Positions 40,949-50,887 of a stretch of DNA of 64,000 nucleotides are shown piece after piece. This DNA comes from Leptonemataceae bacterium (GTDB lineage: Bacteria > Spirochaetota > Leptospiria > Leptospirales > Leptonemataceae): contig OZ245742.1 of NCBI GenBank assembly GCA_965227295.1, forward strand, positions 2,912,001 to 2,976,000, given 5' to 3'. A program made the position numbers and the translations under genes. Numbering within the stretch: the first letter of the stretch is position 1; each line of letters starts with the position of its first letter. The notes under the pieces were generated by a model, which did no database searches, was not told the origin of the DNA, and worked only from the letters and a program-made list of their open reading frames with translations.

Positions 40949-42439
40949 GTGCCGATTATGATCCGTCCCTTCTATTCGCTGAATCTTTCCGCCAAGATCA
41001 CGCTCCTCACCGCGTCGATGTTCATCATCGTTCTCGGCTTCTTAACGATCTATAACTACCTGCGCGACTATCAGCAGGTGGAAGAGAAGTTCGGCTGGAC
41101 TCTCGAACACATCGCGGCGACGGCGGCGGTCTCCATTGACGGCGACGAACACGCCGCTGTCATGCAGGCCGGTGACGAAAGCAGTGCTGTCTTCCGAAAT
41201 ATCCGCGGGCAACTGGAACGCGTGAAGCGTGCCAACGATCTGAGCAACGAAACGATCTATACCTTTCACGTCGTGGATGCCGCGGCCGGCGAACTGGAGT
41301 TCGCGGTGATGCTGCATCCCGTCCCCTTCGTCGGCGACCCGTACACCGTGCCGGAAAACATCCGCCCCATCGTACAAACCGTCATTCGGGACAAACACTC
41401 GGCCTACACGCCGCTCTATACGGACGAGCACGGCTCCTGGATCTCCGGCTACGCTCCCATTGTAAACGGTGCCGGCGAGCTCCGCGGCATTCTCGCCGTC
41501 GACTACCAGGTCGATCGATTTCTCATGGCCCTTTACGAAGACGTCGCGCGCACGCTGTTGTACGATCTCGGCTTCGTTCTGCTCGGCGTGGCGCTCAGCT
41601 TCTGGTTGTCCCGGCGCATCTCGCGTCCGGTGGAGCGCCTGAGCGTGGCGGCCCGAAGCATCATGGAAGAAAAGTACGACTTCAAACTGCCGGTGCAATC
41701 CAGGGACGAGATCGGCCAGCTCACGGAGACGTTCAATTCCATGGCGGCCAGCCTGCGGGAACGCCTGCTCATGTTCCGCTACGTCCCGCGGCATACGAAA
41801 GAAATGATCCGTAAGTTGATCTCAGGTGAAGTTTCGGCGAAGGGCGAGCAGAAAGACGTGGCCGTTCTCTTTACCGACATCCGCGGTTTTACGAAGTTCA
41901 GCAGCACGAACTCCGCCGAACACGTCATTGCCGCGTTAAATCGCTACCTCGGCATGCAGGCGGAGATCATCGAGTGGCACGACGGCTACGTCGACAAGTT
42001 CGTCGGCGACGAGGTCGTGGCGGTCTTCGAAGGCCCCGATCGCGGACGCAGCGCGCTGCTCGCCGCCGTGGACATCCACAATCGCCTGGAGCGCGAAGCC
42101 GCGGAGGCCGAACGCGGCGGCGGCGCGGCCCTCTACGTCGGCATCGGCCTCAGCATGGGCCCCGTGGTCATGGGTAACATGGGCAGCGCCGCACGCCAGG
42201 ACTACACCGTAATCGGCGACAATGTAAACTTAGCGGCCCGGCTGTGCAACGCCGCGAAGCCCGGGGAAATTTTGCTCTCTTCGAACATCTTTCGGGCGGT
42301 GGAGGACGACGCCCGTATCCGGGAGCTCTGCGAAATCCGACTCTACGGTCTGGCGCGGGTGAAGGGCTTCGACGAAGAGATGCATCTGTATCGCATCGGC
42401 GGGGAAGATCGGAAGGGCGCCCTGGCGGAAGCTCGCTGA
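40949..42439 (+). CDS. Membrane-bound class III adenylate cyclase (periplasmic sensor, HAMP, cyclase)
   Basis: Two TMs, HAMP DEIGQL, LFTDIRGFT, DKFVGD, DYTVIGDNVNLAARL. Confidence 0.92.
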   Translation: MPIMIRPFYSLNLSAKITLLTASMFIIVLGFLTIYNYLRDYQQVEEKFGWTLEHIAATAAVSIDGDEHAAVMQAGDESSAVFRNIRGQLERVKRANDLSNETIYTFHVVDAAAGELEFAVMLHPVPFVGDPYTVPENIRPIVQTVIRDKHSAYTPLYTDEHGSWISGYAPIVNGAGELRGILAVDYQVDRFLMALYEDVARTLLYDLGFVLLGVALSFWLSRRISRPVERLSVAARSIMEEKYDFKLPVQSRDEIGQLTETFNSMAASLRERLLMFRYVPRHTKEMIRKLISGEVSAKGEQKDVAVLFTDIRGFTKFSSTNSAEHVIAALNRYLGMQAEIIEWHDGYVDKFVGDEVVAVFEGPDRGRSALLAAVDIHNRLEREAAEAERGGGAALYVGIGLSMGPVVMGNMGSAARQDYTVIGDNVNLAARLCNAAKPGEILLSSNIFRAVEDDARIRELCEIRLYGLARVKGFDEEMHLYRIGGEDRKGALAEAR

Positions 42440-42446
42440 AAACCGC

Positions 42447-43379
42447 TCAGTCCGCCGCACATTCCAGGGCGAACAGAAAACTCTCCTCCGGCGCGTCGTT
42501 TAGAAGATCGGGTGGATCCAGTTTCGTAACTTCTTCCGCCTGGAACTTACACTCCGCGAGACTGCGGGGCATGTGCGCGAATCCCAGGCGGCCCTGCACG
42601 CGAAAGCCGTGTTCCGTGACGATTGTCTCCATTTCCGCCGGCAGGTACTCGCGCTTGTGATCCGCGTTCAGCACGTCGCCGTGCATGAGGATTTCGGTGA
42701 GCGCACGGTTCGGCGTGTCAAAGATGAAGCGGCCGTTCGGGCTTAAGTGCTCGCGAACGAATTTTAACATGCGCGGTAGCCCTTCCGGCTCCACGTGTTC
42801 GATGGCCTGGCCCATAAATACCAGGTCGAACTTCAGGCCGTTCAGGTCCGCGACCTCGTCGATGCTCTCCGCGTGCCCGTGATGGTAACGAATCGTTACG
42901 CCTTCGAAGCTGTGTTCGTTCGCCTGGGAGTATTTCGGCCGCCCGTGGAACTGCTCGTCTTCGGGAAGATCGAGAATGTGAATGAAGTCCGGTCGGTGCG
43001 GGTAACCGAGTTCGATCAAACCGCCGCCGGGATGGTCGGGGCTGCTCCCGCCGATGTCGAGAATGCGTCCGGCCGCGGGCAACGTGGACGCCCAGGCCTG
43101 GCGCGCGCCGTGCAGAACCTCGAAGAATCCCGTCGAACCGAAGGCGTACTCCGGCGAATTCGTGAGCGCGTCCACGATCATGGCCGTGGTGTACTTGTTT
43201 TGTATGATTTTATTGCGCCAGGCCTTCAGCGCCGGCGGATCCGCGGGCCGGCCGAGCAGGGCCAGGTAGATGAGTCGCACCCGGTCCAGATCCGTAAGTT
43301 GTTCCGGGAGAATGTTAGCGATGGCGTCGGCCTGGGGGGACCGTAGGTTCGCGAGATTGCGGAATAGCCTGCGGAGCAT
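42447..43379 (-). CDS. Class I SAM-dependent methyltransferase with DUF4214-like N-terminus
   Basis: YLALLGRPADP...SPEY; ILDIGG, FDLV, IEHV, FDTPN. Confidence 0.78.
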   Translation of the reverse strand: MLRRLFRNLANLRSPQADAIANILPEQLTDLDRVRLIYLALLGRPADPPALKAWRNKIIQNKYTTAMIVDALTNSPEYAFGSTGFFEVLHGARQAWASTLPAAGRILDIGGSSPDHPGGGLIELGYPHRPDFIHILDLPEDEQFHGRPKYSQANEHSFEGVTIRYHHGHAESIDEVADLNGLKFDLVFMGQAIEHVEPEGLPRMLKFVREHLSPNGRFIFDTPNRALTEILMHGDVLNADHKREYLPAEMETIVTEHGFRVQGRLGFAHMPRSLAECKFQAEEVTKLDPPDLLNDAPEESFLFALECAAD

Positions 43380-43409
43380 GGAACGTCGGTAACGCGCCGG
43401 AGCGCCGCC

Positions 43410-44816
43410 TCAGACGAGTTTCGCCGTCATGTAATCGGCGAGTTTGTCCATGCTGATGCGCTCCTGGTTCTTCGAGTCCCGCTCGCGCACGGTGACGCTC
43501 TGATCTTCCAGCGTGTCGTAATCCACCGTAATGCAAAACGGCGTGCCCAGCTCATCCTGGCGATAGTAGCGTTTGCCGATGGCCCCGCTCATGTCGAAGT
43601 CCACCGGCTGCAGGCGGGCCAGCTCCCGGTAAATGGCCTCGGCGACTTCCGGCAGGCCGTCTTTTTTAACGAGGGGGAAGATGCCGGCTTTTACCGGGGC
43701 GAGCTTCGGATGCAGGCGCAACACCGTGCGCTGTTCTTTGGTGCCCTCGTCTTCGACGTCGTAGGCGTCGGCGAGAGCCGCTAAGAACAGGCGATTTAAA
43801 CCTAAGGCCGGCTCCACGACGTACGGGGTGTAGACCTCGTTCGTGTCCGGATCCCGGTAGTCCAGGTTCTTCTTCGCGTGTTTGGCGTGTTGACCCAGGT
43901 CGTAGTCCGTGCGTGAGGCGATGCCCCAGAGTTCGCCCCATCCGAAGGGATACTGGTACTCGATGTCCACCGTGTTGTCGGAATAGAAGCTGAGTTCCTC
44001 GGAAGAGTGCGTGCGTGTGCGCACGTTCTCGCGCTTGAGGCCCAGTCCGTAGAGCCAGTTCAAACAGAAGTCGGTCCAGTAATCGAACCATTCGACCTGG
44101 GTGCCCGGCTTACAGAAAAACTCCATCTCTAATTGCTCGAACTCCCGCGTGCGAAAGACGAACTGCCGCGCCACGATTTCGTTGCGGAACGACTTGCCGA
44201 TTTGCGCGACGCCGAACGGCACTCGCACACGACACGAGTCCACGATGTTTTTGAAGTTAATGAAAATGCCCTGGGCCGTTTCCGGTCGCAGATAGACCTG
44301 CATGTCCGTACCGCCGGCGGCGCCCATTTGCGTGGCGAACATGAGATTGAACTGTCGCGGTTCGGTGAACGTGCCCTTTTTGCCGCAACTCGGACACTGC
44401 AGCTCCTCGTGTTTTTCCGCGAAGATGTTTTTGATGGCGTCCAGGTCCAGGGCGTCGGCGTTGATGCCGACGATCTCTTCGAGGTACTGGTCCGCCCGCA
44501 CGCGGGCCTTGCAGTTCTTGCAGTCGATCATGGGGTCGTTGAACGAACCGACGTGTCCGGAGGCGACCCAGACTTCCGGATGCAGCATGATGGAACTGTC
44601 GAGACCGACGACGTCCGCGCGCTGGCTGACGAAGGCCTTCCACCATTCGTTCTTTAAGTTGCGCAGCAGTTCCGAACCGTACGGGCCGTAGTCGAAGGTA
44701 TTCGAAAGTCCGCCGTAGATGTCCGAGCCCGGGTAGACGAAGCCGCGGCGTTTGGCCAACGCGACGATGTCTTTTAAGGAATCTTCGGCCTTGCTGGATT
44801 TCGCTTTCTTCGACAT
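43410..44816 (-). CDS. glyQS: Glycine--tRNA ligase (alpha2 type)
   Basis: KRRGF, DYGPYG, YLRPETAQGIF, QIGKSFRNE, FRTREFEQ, QDELGTP; ATG 44816. Confidence 0.97.
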   Translation of the reverse strand: MSKKAKSSKAEDSLKDIVALAKRRGFVYPGSDIYGGLSNTFDYGPYGSELLRNLKNEWWKAFVSQRADVVGLDSSIMLHPEVWVASGHVGSFNDPMIDCKNCKARVRADQYLEEIVGINADALDLDAIKNIFAEKHEELQCPSCGKKGTFTEPRQFNLMFATQMGAAGGTDMQVYLRPETAQGIFINFKNIVDSCRVRVPFGVAQIGKSFRNEIVARQFVFRTREFEQLEMEFFCKPGTQVEWFDYWTDFCLNWLYGLGLKRENVRTRTHSSEELSFYSDNTVDIEYQYPFGWGELWGIASRTDYDLGQHAKHAKKNLDYRDPDTNEVYTPYVVEPALGLNRLFLAALADAYDVEDEGTKEQRTVLRLHPKLAPVKAGIFPLVKKDGLPEVAEAIYRELARLQPVDFDMSGAIGKRYYRQDELGTPFCITVDYDTLEDQSVTVRERDSKNQERISMDKLADYMTAKLV

Positions 44817-44928
44817 AACAAAAAGACAGGTGAGTCGTGCGGGCTGCCCGGGCAAGTCATTAACAGCGACGCCGCCGTAATTGCGCACATTCCCTGGTTG
44901 ACGCATGCTGCCCGTGTGCACTCCCTGT

Positions 44929-46701
44929 ATGGACGTGGGTCCCGAGCGCGCATACGTCACCGAAATCCCGCCGGCCTGGCGGGCGCTGGCCGTGATTACG
45001 TACCTCTCCGGATTCTTCGGTGCCGGCGGAGCATTGCCGTTCGCCGTATGGGCCGTCTTTCATCGCTCGCGGTTCCTGACGAGCCACGCCCTCTGCGCCG
45101 GCCTGTTGCATTTGGCGGGCATTCTCATCGCCGCGGTGCTCAGCGTGCCGTCGTATCTCTTTCTTCTGGAGTTTGAACAGTTTTTTATTACGCCGGACGA
45201 GTTTGCCGGTCAGCTCTTCGCCGCGGACCAGACCGGGGCAGTCGTCTTCTTAATGATCGCCACGGGATTCTTTATGGCGGCGATCGTGCTGCCGGCCCTG
45301 AGCGCGGCCGAGATTCGACCCCGGGCCGGTCGCCCGTCCCGGGACGGACTGCTCGGTTACGCCTTTCTCGCGACCATTGTTACGCCGGTGTTCTTTTATA
45401 TGAACGGCATCTGGGGACCGACAGGCCGGGACGACGCCTTCTTTTCCCTGGATCTGCGCCAGTTCCGCGACGCCTACGTTGTCTTTCCCGGCCATCCGAT
45501 TCTGCTGGCCTGCGTCTGGATGTCCATCGTCGCCGGTCGCGGTGAACGCGTGTTGCCGCCCGGCGTCCGCGCCCTGTTCATTCGTTTTCAGCAGGATCGA
45601 CGCAGTACCGGGACCGCCCACGAGGCCGCCGCGGTTCTTCGCGCGAGATTGCTGCCCGGTTGGGGGCAGTTCTTCGCCGGCCGGCGCATTGCCGGGCTGG
45701 CAGTACTCGGTCTCTTCTTTCTGCTCGCCCTGTTTTTCTGGATCAGCGCCGGTTTGAATTACGGCCGCATCATGGAAGGTACTCCCGGCGCAAACGTAAA
45801 CTTCGCCTGGAACTTTCTCAGTCGCCTGGGCATGCGCACGCACATGGTCACCGACGCCGAGCTGGATTCGATGCTCGGCAATCCCGTGGCGTTCGTTGCG
45901 CTGCTCGTCGCGTTGGCGCTGGTCTATTGGTACGGAATCCGGGCCACACGCGCCGTCTATCGCGAATCGAAGACTTTCTTCTTAACTATTGCTCATTCCA
46001 TCTTACTGCACATCATTCCCGTGGCGGTGCTGTTGATTATGCCCGCGGTCTTTCTGCCGGCGAGCGGAAGATTTTTCGTCCCCGACTTCGAAAAGAGCGA
46101 AGACCTGGACCTCGACGGCGCCGAGGTAAGCGGGGACGAGGGCGAGGACGAACTCCTGGGTGGAGACATCTCTCCGGTGCCCGTGGAATTTCTACCGCCG
46201 TCCATGCAGAACGACCAGACGGGCGACCTGGCGCAGAAAGAACAGAGCGAGCAGGAAGTCGCGGAGGCGCGCCGGGACGAATCGAAAAAACCGAGCGATC
46301 GCATGAGTCTGCGCGAGGAAGGCGAGGAAAGCGGCAAGCCGCCCGGGGAGCGGCGCAGACAAACCTACAGTAACTATTTGTCCGTAAAGATTAGAGCTCC
46401 GGAAAAGGAGATGGATTTCTGGGACCGCATTCCCGAGAATTACTCGGCGGTCTTCGAGTATCATATCAGCGCCGAGGGGCGGGTGCACGACGTGAGCGTG
46501 GTGGAGGCCTCGGATCATCCCGAGGCGGACCGGCTCACCGTCCGGCTCATCCAGAGCATGGGCATTGTGCTGCCGCCGCCAGGCAAACGCGCCGTTGTGA
46601 TCACGGAGCTGTTCTGGAATACCGGTCGCCAGCTGCCCACGGAGTTGCAGCAGGAACTATCGAAAATCTTCGACGGTCGGCGCATCGAGTACACGGAGTA
46701 A
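44929..46701 (+). CDS. Polytopic membrane protein with acidic linker and TonB-C-terminal-like domain
   Basis: Many TM helices, LPGWGQF motif, C-terminal VFEYHISAEGRVHDVSVVEAS. Confidence 0.65.
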   Translation: MDVGPERAYVTEIPPAWRALAVITYLSGFFGAGGALPFAVWAVFHRSRFLTSHALCAGLLHLAGILIAAVLSVPSYLFLLEFEQFFITPDEFAGQLFAADQTGAVVFLMIATGFFMAAIVLPALSAAEIRPRAGRPSRDGLLGYAFLATIVTPVFFYMNGIWGPTGRDDAFFSLDLRQFRDAYVVFPGHPILLACVWMSIVAGRGERVLPPGVRALFIRFQQDRRSTGTAHEAAAVLRARLLPGWGQFFAGRRIAGLAVLGLFFLLALFFWISAGLNYGRIMEGTPGANVNFAWNFLSRLGMRTHMVTDAELDSMLGNPVAFVALLVALALVYWYGIRATRAVYRESKTFFLTIAHSILLHIIPVAVLLIMPAVFLPASGRFFVPDFEKSEDLDLDGAEVSGDEGEDELLGGDISPVPVEFLPPSMQNDQTGDLAQKEQSEQEVAEARRDESKKPSDRMSLREEGEESGKPPGERRRQTYSNYLSVKIRAPEKEMDFWDRIPENYSAVFEYHISAEGRVHDVSVVEASDHPEADRLTVRLIQSMGIVLPPPGKRAVVITELFWNTGRQLPTELQQELSKIFDGRRIEYTE

Positions 46702-46714
46702 CTGGTAAAGCCGC

Positions 46715-48598
46715 ATGGATGAAAACGACGTACAGTGGATCGGTTACCTCATGGGTTTCTTGAGCGTCGCGCCCATGATGCTGCTCATGAGCGCAAAGAC
46801 CGTGAAAGAGTACGGCGGGCTGCTCGGCGCCGTATGGAAGCGACACATGCAGGATACCGGCCGCGAGCAGAAGCTCATGAGCTTGGCGGTACTTGCGGGC
46901 ATGGGCGCCGGCCTCGCTTCCATTCCCGTGGTCCACTGGATCTACGAAGTGTTTTTTCCGGGACTCGAGACCTTCTTCCGGCCCCGGGAGCCGGTGTCCG
47001 TGGTGGTCTTCATTTCGTTCGTGCAGGCCGGCTTACTGGAAGAGGTCGCCAAGATCGGTCTGGCCTTTCCCGTGGCGTTGCTCGTAAGTTATCGTTCGTT
47101 TGTTGTCGGGGACGGGCCGCCGGAAAAGCAGCGGCCGTTTCACAAGTCGGTGCCGTTCGTATTCGCCGGAAGCGGCCTCGGTTTCGCGCTGCTTGAAAAC
47201 AGCGGCTACATCCAGGCCTTCGGCGATCTCAGCCCGGGCGGCATCTTCGTCGGTCGCGCGCTTTTCGCGACGAGCGTGCACACTATGTTGAACCTCTACG
47301 CCGGTTTGATCATCTACGATTCGAACCGTGCGAACGTGATCGGCCGCTCCGCCGTCGCTCTCGGTGCGGCCATTCTGCTGCACGGAGTATACGATTTTTG
47401 CGCGCTGCCGCAGGGCACTTTTCCTGGTTTATTGACCGGACTGTGTGTGGTTGTGATCTTTTATCTGACGGCTACGAAGTTGTATCGCACGTTGCCGGAG
47501 TGTGTGCATCATCCGTTGCGTTCACGCGCCGATATCGAAGCCGAGGCCCGTGACGCCCTTTTCGGAGACACAGCCGCTCACGACGAAGACGACCAGGCCA
47601 TCCTGCGCAACGAACGTCTGCGGGCCCCGGATACCTACGAGCCCGGCGGCGCGCTCCCCGACGCCGATCGCGTGGACTTCAGCCCCGAGGCGCGCGCGGC
47701 GGCCGGCCTGCCCGCGGCCAACGACTATCGTCTGAGCGAAGCCGAGCGCTGGCATCGCATCCTGTCGACGTTGCCCGACGTTTCGCCGGACTTCATCGTC
47801 GCGTTCCTGAACGACTCGCATCGTACGACGTTACCGGCCTGGTCGGCGGCGCCGCCGTACAGTGTCGACGACATGGAAGACGCCTTCGCTTCCCTGGGCG
47901 TGCCGGCCCCGGCGGACGTGGCGCAACCTCTGCGCTTAGATTCATATCGCGGAGAGTTACCGGAACACATGCAGCACGAACGCGAAAGGGAAGAGCGGCA
48001 CTATGCCGCGGTGCTCACCGGACGCGGCAGCGCCGATGCCGTCTGGGATGCTTCGGCCTTCGCGGGTCTCGGGACGGAGGCCCTGGGTCGCACCGGGGTG
48101 GATCTGCAAAACTTGAGCGCGCCGTTGCGGGTCCTTGAGTTCTTCGTGCACAGTTGCGGGGAACGACGCGTCTATTTGAGCCAGGGGCTGCGCGATCTCT
48201 ACGGCCGGGAACTGTGGCTGAGCACGTCGCATCCGCATCCCCTCGCGCGCTGGTTTTTCGTGTGGCTGGCCGCTCATCCGCCGGAGCAGTCTCCCTGGCT
48301 GCGGGACTTTCGCGCGTTTTACGAAGCAACGTCCCTGCACCTGGGGGACCCACGGAACTGGTGGAAGCTTTATTTTACTCTGCCGCTTTTTGATAAGCTG
48401 CGCGAACGCCTGCTGAAACCGCCCGGGGATTTGAAACCGGTTCATGAAGACGAGTTGCCGTTTCAGGTGCTGTTCACCTGCGGCCCGGACGCGGACTTTC
48501 TTTCCCGGCGCGGTTACGAGTCGTACTTCCGCGCGCTGCGCCACGCCGGCCTGCCGTGGCACAATGATTTCCGCCGCCCGCCGATCACCACGGCGTAG
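46715..48598 (+). CDS. PrsW-family intramembrane metalloprotease with long C-terminal soluble domain
   Basis: GLLEEVAK, GLGFALLEN, SVH, LLHGVYDF. Confidence 0.85.
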   Translation: MDENDVQWIGYLMGFLSVAPMMLLMSAKTVKEYGGLLGAVWKRHMQDTGREQKLMSLAVLAGMGAGLASIPVVHWIYEVFFPGLETFFRPREPVSVVVFISFVQAGLLEEVAKIGLAFPVALLVSYRSFVVGDGPPEKQRPFHKSVPFVFAGSGLGFALLENSGYIQAFGDLSPGGIFVGRALFATSVHTMLNLYAGLIIYDSNRANVIGRSAVALGAAILLHGVYDFCALPQGTFPGLLTGLCVVVIFYLTATKLYRTLPECVHHPLRSRADIEAEARDALFGDTAAHDEDDQAILRNERLRAPDTYEPGGALPDADRVDFSPEARAAAGLPAANDYRLSEAERWHRILSTLPDVSPDFIVAFLNDSHRTTLPAWSAAPPYSVDDMEDAFASLGVPAPADVAQPLRLDSYRGELPEHMQHEREREERHYAAVLTGRGSADAVWDASAFAGLGTEALGRTGVDLQNLSAPLRVLEFFVHSCGERRVYLSQGLRDLYGRELWLSTSHPHPLARWFFVWLAAHPPEQSPWLRDFRAFYEATSLHLGDPRNWWKLYFTLPLFDKLRERLLKPPGDLKPVHEDELPFQVLFTCGPDADFLSRRGYESYFRALRHAGLPWHNDFRRPPITTA

Positions 48599-49810
48599 TT
48601 CGTATACGCCCCGAATCGTGGTGTAAGTGGCGGCCAGCGTACATTAAGGATTTGTTGGGCACAACTGGTTCCAGCTGACGAGCGGAGGTCATGCCAGGGA
48701 ATGTGTTAAGGCGGACCGGAACGGCGTCTTCATCTCGAAAAATCCATCAAGCGCAGGCGCACTCCGGAGCCCCGCTCTATCCGCGGGGCGGAGCGAGTGC
48801 GCCTGCGCGCCCGGCGGACCGGACCGGCGTCTTCGCCGCAGGAAACGTTACTATAACTGAGTCACATACCGACGTCCGGTGTCGGCAAGGCCCCACTTGT
48901 TGGGGCCGCGGCAGTTGGTTCCCCGCTGGCGCAGCACTCTTTGCAAAACGAAAATCCACAACTCCGAAGAGCCGTAGCCAAAAAAATCCCTTAACCGTTG
49001 CGCAACTTACTTCATGTTCGTCGCGGCAACGAAACGAACCGCAGTTCTTGAAGTACCGGAAACGCTCTGGTAGCCCGCGCACGCCCCGGATCGTGAAATA
49101 AGTGAAGGCCAGTGTACATTAAGGCTTTTATGGGTACGGCTGGTTCCAGGCGACCACGGAGGTTGTGTCGGGGAATGTGGTACGGCGCACCGGAACGGCG
49201 TCTTCGTCGTAAGAAACGTTCCGATCGCTGAGTCACAAATCGACGTCCGGGTCGAACGCAGCATTCTTTGCAAAACGAAAATCCACAACTCCGAAGAGCC
49301 GTAGCCAAAAAAATCCCTTCACCATTGCGCAACTTACCTTGTGTGTCTCACGGTAAACGCCGCGATACACAGCTCTTGAACTACCGGAAAGTTCTTATTC
49401 GTTCGCACACGCCCCGAATCGTGGTGTAAGTAGCGGCCAGTTTGTATTAAGCATTTTATGGGCACAACTGGTTCCAGCTGACGAGCGGAGGTCATGCCAG
49501 GGGACGTGGTAGGGCGGACCGGAACGGCGTCTTCATCTCGAAAAATCCATCAAGCGCAGGCGCACTCCGGAGCCCCGCTCTATCCGCGGGGCGGAGCGAG
49601 TGCGCCTGCGCGCCCGGCGGACCGGAACGGCGTCTTCATCGTAAGAACCGCTGCGGGAACTGAGTCGCACAACCGACGTCCGGGTCGAACGCAGCATTCT
49701 TAACAAAACGAAAATCCACAACTCCGAAGAGCCGTAGCCAAAAAAATCCCTTAACCGTTGCGCAACTTACCTTGTGTTTCTCGCGGCAACGCAACGAACC
49801 GCGGCTCGCA
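48599..49810 (+). repeat. Head-to-tail array of three 328-bp family units
   Basis: ACGCCCCG anchors at 48606, 49081 and 49409. Unit 2 is 328 bp; units 1 and 3 carry hairpin inserts. Confidence 0.95.
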
Positions 49811-49838
49811 ACTCATTTTGTGAATTTACTGCCGCGAT

Positions 49839-50714
49839 TCAGGTCCGGAAGTTTTCCAGATTTACCGTCTCCAGGACCTGGCGGCGCTGCTCCAGGCGCT
49901 CGGCCAGGGTTTGCAGTAACTTGCGAGACCAGCGCGGATGCAGCTGGAATAACATGTGAAAGTCCTCGGGACCGAAGGCGAGGGCGCGGGTCTTTTCCAC
50001 GGCGATGACGTCGGCCGAACGGGGCAGGCCGTCAAACTGAGCCATCTCGCCGGCCATGTCGCCGGTGCCCAGGCTGTCGATGAGTCGCCGCTCCGTGGCT
50101 CCGGGAGCGGTCTGGTAAACCTGGACTTTGCCCGATAATAAAATATAGAGTTCCTGAGTTTCGTCGCCCTGGCGGATGAGCGCCTCGCCGGGTTCGAAGT
50201 CCCGGGCGAGTTGCTCCACCAGGTGCGGCGGAAATTCATCCTCGTCGGCGAAGGACATTTCGTACAGGGCGTCGGCCAGGCCGGCGTCGGGACTGCCCAG
50301 GGAAACGTAGTGCTCGCGTTTGAGATCCGGGTCTGTCGTTGAACGATGCTGATCATAAATGCGAATGCGCCGGGAAAGTTCGAAGATGGCACGCCGGGCG
50401 ACCTCGGGCTGGATCTCCAGGGCCGCCGCGAAATCCTCGACGTGCCAGAGGGCGTAGTGGGAACCAGGGTAGACTCCCACGGCTCCGGGCCGGGGTGAAC
50501 CCAGGAGGTAATCCTCCAGGCCAATGAACGATACCGGATAGTAGTTCTCGAACAACGTGCGCCGGTCGGTCAACTGGACACGACGCCGGGCCCGGCCTTC
50601 CAGGAGCATCAGAATCGTATTCGGCCGACGGTCGGCCTCGTAGCGGAGGATGTTGCGATAGCGGCCGCTCTCATTGAAGAGACCCCGCCGGACGAATTTC
50701 TTCAGTTCGAGCAT
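49839..50714 (-). CDS. Cyclic-nucleotide-binding domain protein
   Basis: C-terminal IRQGD, LYILLSGKV, GEMA, PRSADV; degenerate N-terminal cNMP-like domain. Confidence 0.85.
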   Translation of the reverse strand: MLELKKFVRRGLFNESGRYRNILRYEADRRPNTILMLLEGRARRRVQLTDRRTLFENYYPVSFIGLEDYLLGSPRPGAVGVYPGSHYALWHVEDFAAALEIQPEVARRAIFELSRRIRIYDQHRSTTDPDLKREHYVSLGSPDAGLADALYEMSFADEDEFPPHLVEQLARDFEPGEALIRQGDETQELYILLSGKVQVYQTAPGATERRLIDSLGTGDMAGEMAQFDGLPRSADVIAVEKTRALAFGPEDFHMLFQLHPRWSRKLLQTLAERLEQRRQVLETVNLENFRT

Positions 50715-50887
50715 AACTGTGCGAAGGTCCGGACATTCCGGGCCGATCGCAAGAAATTATTCGCAAAGTTTCCCGCCTTTTTCCGAATTTTTAGGGCCCG
50801 CGTAAAAAATTATGTCAGGGCGACGTTTCAGACCGATTATGTTACCAACCGACATAAAATAGCGTGGCCTGACTACGGGCGTGCGGA

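Noticed and set aside
48675..48740. Hammerhead ribozyme core (CTGACGA...GAAA) in the repeat
   Set aside because: The motif is present only in units 1 and 3, is altered in other copies, and no stem II closes before GAAA.
49007..49332. Repeat-encoded ORFs (also 56905-57219, 56964-57212, 34128-34394)
   Set aside because: Copies differ by frameshifting indels, the 328-bp period is not a multiple of three, and starts are weak; the similarity reflects DNA identity.
48599..49810. CRISPR array or integron cassette array
   Set aside because: Units are homologous over their full length with no unique spacers or cassette ORFs, there are no cas genes, and the nearby recombinase looks like ordinary XerD without the IntI insertion.
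50820..50847. dif-like site upstream of xerD (TTATGTTACCA)
   Set aside because: Only a partial XerD arm and a poor XerC arm; could equally be a promoter -10. The GTTGCGCAAC...ATGTT segment in the repeat also has the wrong spacing.
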